This document shows positions 53,501-62,500 of a DNA stretch of 64,000 nucleotides, one piece after another (position 1 is the first letter of the stretch; every line of letters begins with the position of its first letter). Made by a program: the position numbers and the translations under genes. The notes beneath the pieces were generated by a model that was given only the letters and a program-made list of their open reading frames with translations, did no database searches and was not told the origin of the DNA. Source of the DNA: Haliotis rufescens (Eukaryota). Location of the stretch: positions 558,001 through 622,000 of the forward strand of contig NW_025964179.1 of the NCBI RefSeq assembly GCF_023055435.1. Reading direction: 5' to 3'.

Positions 53501-56500
53501 TCATTGTATCCTCACATAATGTCCTTCATTATACAGGTAATGGCACCCAACAGTTCATCAGCATCCCGGTATCCTTGGCAACGGGAGGGAATCAACAGAT
53601 TCAACTCTTGACGACGTCCAATGGGCAGATTATCGCCACAAATCTTGCCAGTTTACAGGCGCTGGCACAACCTCTCAACCTCGGTCTGGCTGGGGTCACA
53701 GGTAAACTTAAGACTCGAAAACATTAAAACACAATGCAACATGAAAAGGAAACTGAAATGTTTTGGTGGCTGTTACCATGACAACATGATGGTCAAAGAG
53801 CTGTTGATGTGAAGTTTGGCTGGTCAGAGTTTGTAACCTGGCGGAGGGGAGACAACTCTGTACACCACAGTAATGTGGTAGGGTAGCCCAGTGGGTTTAA
53901 AGCATTGCTTGTCAGGCCGTATACCTGGATTCGATTCACAACATGGAGACAGTGTGCGTCTTTCCTAGTGTATAAGACCCGTGAAAATGTGGGGTAGAAT
54001 TAGGTGTTCAGCAACACATGCTTGCTGTAAAAGGTGACTATGCAGGATCGGGTGGTTGGTTGACTGACTTGGTTGATGCATGTCATTGTATCCCAATTTC
54101 TTGGATCGATTCTCATGATGTCAATCACTGGATTGTCTGGTCCAGACTCGATTATTTGCAGACCGACGTCATATACCGGTAGCTGGAATATTGCTGAGAG
54201 CGGCGTTAAACAACAAACAAACAATCCTCGTGTATACTATGGCTAGAAACTATGCTATAAGCTGTATAAACCCTACTCACCCACTGGTAACATTCTAGAG
54301 GATGTATTTTGGTATACCATAGTCCACAACCGACTGACCGTTGTGATGCCAAATACTCTACCCGCAGCTAAATTATTTTCTTTGTTTGTCTTGAATTTCT
54401 ATTTCATCTGAACTATCATGAAATTGGGATATTAAAAATGTAAGGGGGAAGTTGGGTGCTTTTCCGTTAGTGTGATGAAACAAACAAACATGAATTCATC
54501 GGAAAATAGTAAATCAGTCGTTAAACTTTTCCCAATTCATTATAATGGCATTCCCAAAGACATACACGAAGGTATAAATGTCCCAACCTTGGGAGGTAGA
54601 GGGGAAATATCAAGATTCTTATCATGGCCGCCTGCCCACTGGTTGCAGCGATGGTAACAATGGAGGGTAACAAAGATGTCATACACAGGGTAGGAGCTTG
54701 TCTAGTAACATCCCAGGGGAGCCATGAAAACTAGGTACACCATAGTCTGGTGACTTCCCAGGGGAGGTAACTAGGTACACCATCGTCCAGTAACTCCCCA
54801 GGGGAGGTAACTGGGTGTAACACAGTACATTACCCAAGCTCCTCACAGCGATAGTACGTTCCCGGAGCTCTCTATACTATTGCTGCCACCAGTCAAAACT
54901 CCCCACTGTGAATAGGTGGCCACAACCATGCTTGGAGTTGAACTCGCAACCGAATGACCGTTTTGTTTACAAACAAGTGACGACTGTCGTGACGCCGAAT
55001 ACACTTATAGCTGCTAAATTACTTTCTTCGTTTGTCAATTTGAATTTGTGTTTCATTACAACTATCATGTAATTGATACAGTAAGAATGTAAGGGAGAAG
55101 TTGGTTGATTTTCCGTTAGTCTGCAATCTCGAACCAAGCTGATTATCAAAACAACAAAGTAAATTCATCTGGAAAACATGGTCAGTCGCAAACCTTTTCA
55201 AACTGAAATATGATGGCATTCCCAAAGACATAAACAAAAGTATAAACGTTACTACATTTGGAGTTAGAGGGCAAATTTCAAGATTCTTGTAATGGCCGCG
55301 CCCACACTGGTGGCAGCGATGTTACCGAGAGTGTAACGAAGGTGTCACACGCTGGGAAGGAGCTTGTACATTACCATCCCAAGGGAGGTAACTTTGTACG
55401 CACTAGTCATCCAGTACATTCAGTCAGAAATAAACTGAGAATATTATCAGTGGAAATGTTTTTGTGAATGAACAAAAGAAGTGCATTATGTAATAATGTC
55501 AGTAAGGAAGCAGGAAATAATGTATTGCTTTCCCGGAACCAAAAAGTATTTCATTATGAGCTTTATGTTGTTCCAACTGGTGCAACTGAAAGCAATTTAT
55601 TCTGAAATGCGTTGAAGCATGACTTGATAAGGCTACATCATATGTTGTTCTAGTATGGTGGAAAAGGTAATTGTGTTTGAACAATAAAATTCTGCATTGA
55701 TATTCTTCATGGGAAGATGTCTGAAAACATGCATTCATCTTGCAGGATAAATGTGTGATTTGTTGCATTAAATATGAACATCAAGTCTCTTCTCTATTAG
55801 ATAAACCATGTATTTTGGCCCCTGTGAATATCTTGGTTAGAATCTATACTTGTCGTAGAAGACAACTAACTGGGTTTGGGTGATCGAGTTGGATCATGTC
55901 CCATTTTCTTAGATCGTTGTTCATGATGTCAGTGTCTAGATTGTCTTGTCCATATCATGAATATGATCATCTTTTACTCGTGGTGATAACAAAAATATGT
56001 CATGTGTCACAAGCGATAACAGGAATATGTCATGAGTCACGAGTGATAACAGGCATATGTCGTGTGTCACTCATGATAACAGGAATATGTCGTGTGTCAC
56101 TCATGATAACAGGAATATGTCATGTGTCACTCGTGGTGATAACATCAATATGTCATGTGTCACAAGAGGTGATAACATCAATATGTCATGTGTCACTGGT
56201 AATGATAACATAAATGTCATGTGTCACAAGTGATAACAGGAATATGTCATGTGTCACAAGTGGTGATAACATCAATATGTCATGTGTCACAAGTGATAAC
56301 ATCAACATGTCATGTGTCACTAGTGGTGATAACATCAATATGTCATGTGTCACGAGTGGTGATAACTCAATATTACCCTTGTGGTGATGTCAACTCCATG
56401 AGGACGTGGGTGAGATGAGATCACCAGCTTGTTGTAAGAGGCGACTCAGTGGATTGGATGGTAAGACTCAGTGACTTGCCTGCTTGCCTGTCATCACACC

Positions 56501-59500
56501 CAGGAGTGTGATTATTGCTCATGATATCATCCATGGTTTGTCTGGTCCAAACATAATTATTTACATTGCTGCCCCCATCATTAGCCAGCAACAAGAATAT
56601 AAAACAAAGGGATGATAATATGAGTTTGATCATCTGCCACTAGCAATGGTTAACTGATTTATTAACATCTTTCATTCTAGTAATAGCAGGGTGTTGGGGT
56701 AGCCTAGTGGTAAAAGCGTTGGCTTGTCACGCCGAACACCTGGGTTCGATTCCCCACTTGGGCACAATATGTGGAGCCAATTTTCCGGTGTCCCCCGCTG
56801 TGATATTGCTGTGTAAAACCATACTCAAGTTTATAATAGCGTGAGTGTATTTATATAAGTCACTGTTCACTTACGACATGATGTTTGTCACCTTGAAGCA
56901 GTCGGTCAATCATGATGTTGATGTTCCAGCAGGCAGTGTCTCCAGCCCTGCAAGTCACCACGGTAGCAGTAGTAGTAGTAGTCACGCAGTGTCGAGTCAG
57001 TTGGCGGCAGCGTTGCCACAACTCTTGTCCACAGGAGCACAGGGGCAGCTGCTAGCATTGGGCACACAGGTAGGTACAGCATTGCTGAGGAGATACTGGT
57101 GATAGTGGGGTGTTATGATCGTTACAGCATAACTGAGGAGATACTGATGGTAGTGGGGTGTTACCATTGTTACAGCATAGCTGAGGAGATACTGGTGGTA
57201 GTGGGGTGTTACCATCGTTACAGCATTGGTGAGGAGATACTGGAGGTAGTGGGGTGTAATGATCGTTACAATATTGCTGAGGAGATACTGGTGGTAGTGG
57301 GGTGTTATGATTGTTACAGCATAGCTGAGGAGATACTGGTGGTAGTGGGTGTTATGATTGTTACAGCATTGCTGAGGAGATACTGGAGGTAGTGGGGAGT
57401 TATGATCGTTACAGCATAGCTGAGGAGATACTGGAGGTAATGGGGTGTTATGATCGTTACAGCATAGCTGAGGAGATACTGGTGGTAGTGTGGTGTTATG
57501 ATCATTACAGCATAGCTGAGGAGATACTGGTGGTAGTGGGGTGTTATGATTGTAACAGCATAGCTGAGGAGATACTGGTGGTAGTGGGGTGTTACCATCA
57601 TTACAGCATAGCTGAGGAGATACTGGAGGTAGTGGGGTGTTATGATTGTTACAGCATAGCTGAGGAGATACTGGTGATAGTGGGGTGTTATGATCGTTAC
57701 ACCATAGCTGAGGAGATACTGGTGGTAGTGGGGTGTTACCATCATTACAGCATAGCTGAGGAGATACTGGAGGTAGTGTGGTGTTATGATTGTTACAGCA
57801 TAGCTGAGGAGATACTGGTGATAGTGGGGTGTTATGATTGTTACAGCATAGCTGAGGAGATACTGGAGGTAGTGTGGTGTTATGATTGTTACAGCATAGC
57901 TGAGGAGATACTGGTGATAGTGGGGTGTTATGATTGTTACAGCATAGCTGAGGAGATACTGGTGGTAGTGGGGTGTTATGATTGTTACAGCATTGTTGAG
58001 GAGATACTGGTGGTAGTGGGGTGTTATGATTGTTACAGCATTGCTGAGGAGATACTGATGGTAGTGGGTGTTTTGATTGTTACAGCATAGTTGAGGAGAT
58101 ATTGGTGGTAGTGGGGTGTTATGATTGTTACAGCATAGCTGAGGAGATACTGGTGGTAGTGGGGTGTTATGATAGTTACAGCATAGCTGATGAGATATTG
58201 GTGGTAGTGGGGTGTTATGGTAGTTATTATAGCAGTTGTGATAGAATACTGGGGATAGTGTCTTATCAATTCTGGAGATTTGTATGAAAAACTTCCTAAC
58301 AGTTCATCCAAATAGATTTACGACCTGTTTGTACATTGTATAAGGTTGTCTTTCTTTGTACAGAGTTGTGTCTCTTTAAAAAGAAAGAGTTTTGCTCATT
58401 TTCTAGCTTTCTTCATTCTTTATTTTCAGAATGCAATCCGAGGATTATCATTAGATGGAAAATTCAAGTTTGATAATCAGGTGATGAAATACTTTTTGAC
58501 ATTTCAAATATGTATGATATCAAGTGTGGAGAAAAAACAACTAAATCAAAGTTGTTCTGCTAAATATTTATCCAACTTAATGTATAATTTATGCGGTATC
58601 CATTTTGCCAAGCCAAATACCCCATTTTTTCAAATTTGAAATTGGGGGGAAAAAAGAGGCTTGTCAAAGAAGAAGGTTTCTAGTGTCAAATCCCATTTAA
58701 CATTTTCAGCCAAGCATTTTTCAGCATAAACTCCAGTCATTTTGCAATATTTTTTCATCTTATGCTCGTGAGAATTGTGCTATATTTATTCATGTAGTCT
58801 AGATGTAATTGTAGACACGGGTACCCCCAGTCGTCTTAGTTGCCACAATTTCGCACTGTAGAGTTGCATTCATTAGTCATACCAGAAACCTGTGACAATG
58901 GGTTTGATTCCCGGGAGCGATCTGATCATGTTTCTAGGTTTGTCAGCACTGTAAGCATAGGCATGGTTTTCATCCAATCACTTCGGGCATTCCTGCCAAC
59001 ATCAAGGTGACATGCTGAGATATAACTGAAATACTGTGTTGAACCCACCTCTCTCACTCTTTCATGTAGAGGGGGCACGGGTGGCCCAGTCATCTAAGGC
59101 ACCGCGATTCACTGTGCAGAGTTGCGTCCCTTGGGCACGCCAGAAACCTATGATTGTGGGTTCGAATCCCGGTTCGCCCCGATTATGTTTCTAGGTTTGT
59201 CAGCAACATACCCGTGCTCGTGGGTTTCACCGAAGTGGTAAACGTCTGAGACCTGCATCACTTTGGGCTTTCCTCCCACATTAAGCTGACACGCTGTGAT
59301 ATAACTGGAATACTGTTAAAAGCGGCGTTAAACCCAACTCACTCTCTCACTCACTCATGTCGATATGCATTCATTAACTAATCCACCATTTCTCCTCAAT
59401 ATAGGTGCTGACACCAGTCTCTGTCGCTCAAGTAAATAATTCTTCAGCTTCCTCCAACCAATCAACTGCTGGCGCTGCAGGTCATTCAGCCAATCACACC

Positions 59501-62500
59501 ATCTCTACTTCCCCATCATTACAACAGACACTAACACAAGCAGTGGGTGGGTCAACGTCACACACCGTCGTGGCACAGCACAGCCCCACGCGACCCTCAG
59601 CACTTTCCGCCAACCCGGCAGCTACCTCGAATGGACTTCCCCCCTCCGTTAGTCAATTGCTACCAAGTAAGTTGCCCAAGAAAAATTTTGATTTGAAGGA
59701 TGGGATTTTGTATGGGCCCTTTTTGGCCCATTGGAAATGGTAAATTTTGAACGTTATGGAAATGTTTATCAAAGTGTTGATAAATGTATCTAAACAATCA
59801 TGTCACTTGAATGTTGAGAAACCTTTTTTATTCTGCACTTGTTTAGGACTTAAGGTGATCTTGTTCAGAAGTGTTCAAAAAGAAGTCATTGGTTTAAGCT
59901 TTAGAGCAATAATCCATGACCATCACCCCGAAAATCATCCGAAAATCAGTTTGGGGGAAAGTATTATGAAAATATTGTGAAATGAACATTTCTAATCAAC
60001 TTTGAAAGGTTGCAACTTTTACTACATTGGCAGTTCCAGTGGGCCAAACTGTTGCTATGATACCTCGTCCCTGGCTTTTCTTCCCGTTTGTGGCAGTTCC
60101 GAGGATGCCTATCTAAGTGTTGCACCTACTTCTGTTACAGCACATATTGAGTTTCTTTTCGTTTATGTATTCTCTCTCATGTTTGTTTCGTCAGTTACGG
60201 ACAATATGAAGGGTTATGTTAGCAATAGAATTCAGAATATTCTTTGGGAAGAGAGACAGCTTGAAATTGTACATGACGAAGAAACATTAATGTCGGTAAT
60301 ACTTGTGTGTAATGAACAGCAAGAATCTAGAAGAAAGTTCTAATTATCTTATCCAAGTGAATGATGTAAGCCCAGGGCTTTTGGCATGAAACTTACCACG
60401 TTCATTCACATGGCAGAGTGGATCTGTAATTTCAAGTATGTTATTCGAAATATTTTGTTAATATTGTCATTTTAAGAAAGAAAATGAAGAAAAATATTTG
60501 TAATGTCAACCGTGAATGGAAAGGTCACTGATGTCTGTTTATTGTTTCGATGATGTTATGTTTCAGTTTGTAACTTCATCAATTGATGAGGTCATATTGT
60601 ATTGTCATGGCATATCATTTCAACTGACCAATCAGCATTGAGAATGCTAAAATGAAAGTTATTAGACTTGATCTTTCTTCTGTTATTGGCAATATTGGTC
60701 TTTTAGTATAGTTTTTGTACTCAGTTTTGACATCTTCATTGGCTGTCTTAATTTCAAGAAATTAAAATTAAATATAATTATTTTGAAAATGTTTTCTTAA
60801 AAAAAGAATGTGAAAAATACCACTTGTAATTTAGATGGAATAGAAACCTTATAGGCTGTACCTGAATTGACATTTTGTGGCTGCGTACTGCTTGTAGTTT
60901 TATATTGATTTCTCCATGTAGCAGTATGTGTATATGACGTAGTTACTTACTGCAACAATGTAAAGTTAAAGCTCTGACTTGCTATATCTTACTGTCGGCT
61001 GCTCAATGTGCATCACTGTAGTTTTGCCTCAGTTAACATTGAGTTTGGCTATTTTTTCTGCACCTGTTTTGAAGAGAAGAGCACGGTGTCTCTGCCCTTG
61101 ACCCTCCCAGCCCCTAAGACCGTACTGACCTCTAACGGACTTCCCACCAGTATTAGTGAACTCATGCCAGGTAAGTCTTAGCTAGGATCCATCATGAATG
61201 GCAGACTGTTTGACTGATTGGTTTACGGATTCCGCCGACCCTGAAATAATTTCAAGTTGGGGAAAATGTGAAATAAAAAATCATAACACTGAAAGACAAA
61301 CCTAACAAACTCTGCTGGATTGGCAGCATAGTCAGATGAACAGAATAGTTTGAAAAGTGTTTTTTTTATTTGTTTTGAACCAGGATTTTTCCACATAAAA
61401 CAAGCGTAAACCAAGAAGTGTGGCCTTGCTATGTATGACATGTGTCAGTAGCTGGGTGCTCAGGGTGTCAGGAAACTGAACGGTGTGGGCGTGGGCATAA
61501 CGTTGAACTCCTTAAAATCTTGTACACCCTGCTGATGAATCATGTAACAAAATTGTCGTAACATATGCTGACTGGTTACACAACCCTATTTTTGTAATAA
61601 TTTGTGTGTGAATGAATGAGTGGATGAGGGTGTATATGTGTGAGTGTGAGTGTGAGTGTGAGTGTGAGTGTGAGTTGCCATTTTGAGCTGAATTTCAGGA
61701 CAATGCCCTGAACATGGGTATGGTGCAAGCCAAGAATCATTATAGGGTGAATCAGGGATGCATAGGGGAGACAACTCTGCATGGCCCATAATATGATATG
61801 TGGTGCTTAAGATGACTGAGCCACCAGCCTCATAAAGATTCTCAACGGGCATTATGAGCTGTAATGGCCTCCTTATGCCTCATTGTGGAGCGATATTCAC
61901 ATCAAGTCGTAACAGAACTGGTTGGCCTGCTGTTTCACAAGACAAACATGCATATAAATAGGATTTGATATTGTGGTTTGATGAAAATGCCAGTCCTAAT
62001 GGTAAACTGTGGCGTTTATGTTCTTTGTGGCAGAGACAACCCAGTTCCCAGTTCCTTGCTGAACCATTGCTGAATGCTGGCGTGATTCAGTACCCTCTTA
62101 CAAACACTAAACATGGGCAACATAATTCTGTGATCCAGACAGTGATTGAGCCTTGACTCTCTATCCAGTACTGAAATGTATACCACATTGCCTCTAATAG
62201 ATGACCCCCAGATGTATAATAATATTGGCCATATTGTGAGGCATGTATTTGAGACCAGCGTCTACTGGAGACATGGACTCTATTTCTTTGCTGGACGTTT
62301 CTAGATCGGAATCATTCATTTACTGTTTTATTTAACCTGGGATATACTGGAGACCTGGTGTGTATGAGAGACCTGGTGTGTATAAGAGATGAGACCTGGT
62401 GTGTATGAGAGACCTAGTGTATAAGAGATGAGACCTGGTGTGTATAAGAGATGAGACCTGGTGTGTATGAAAGATGAGACCTGGTGTGTATGAGAGACCT

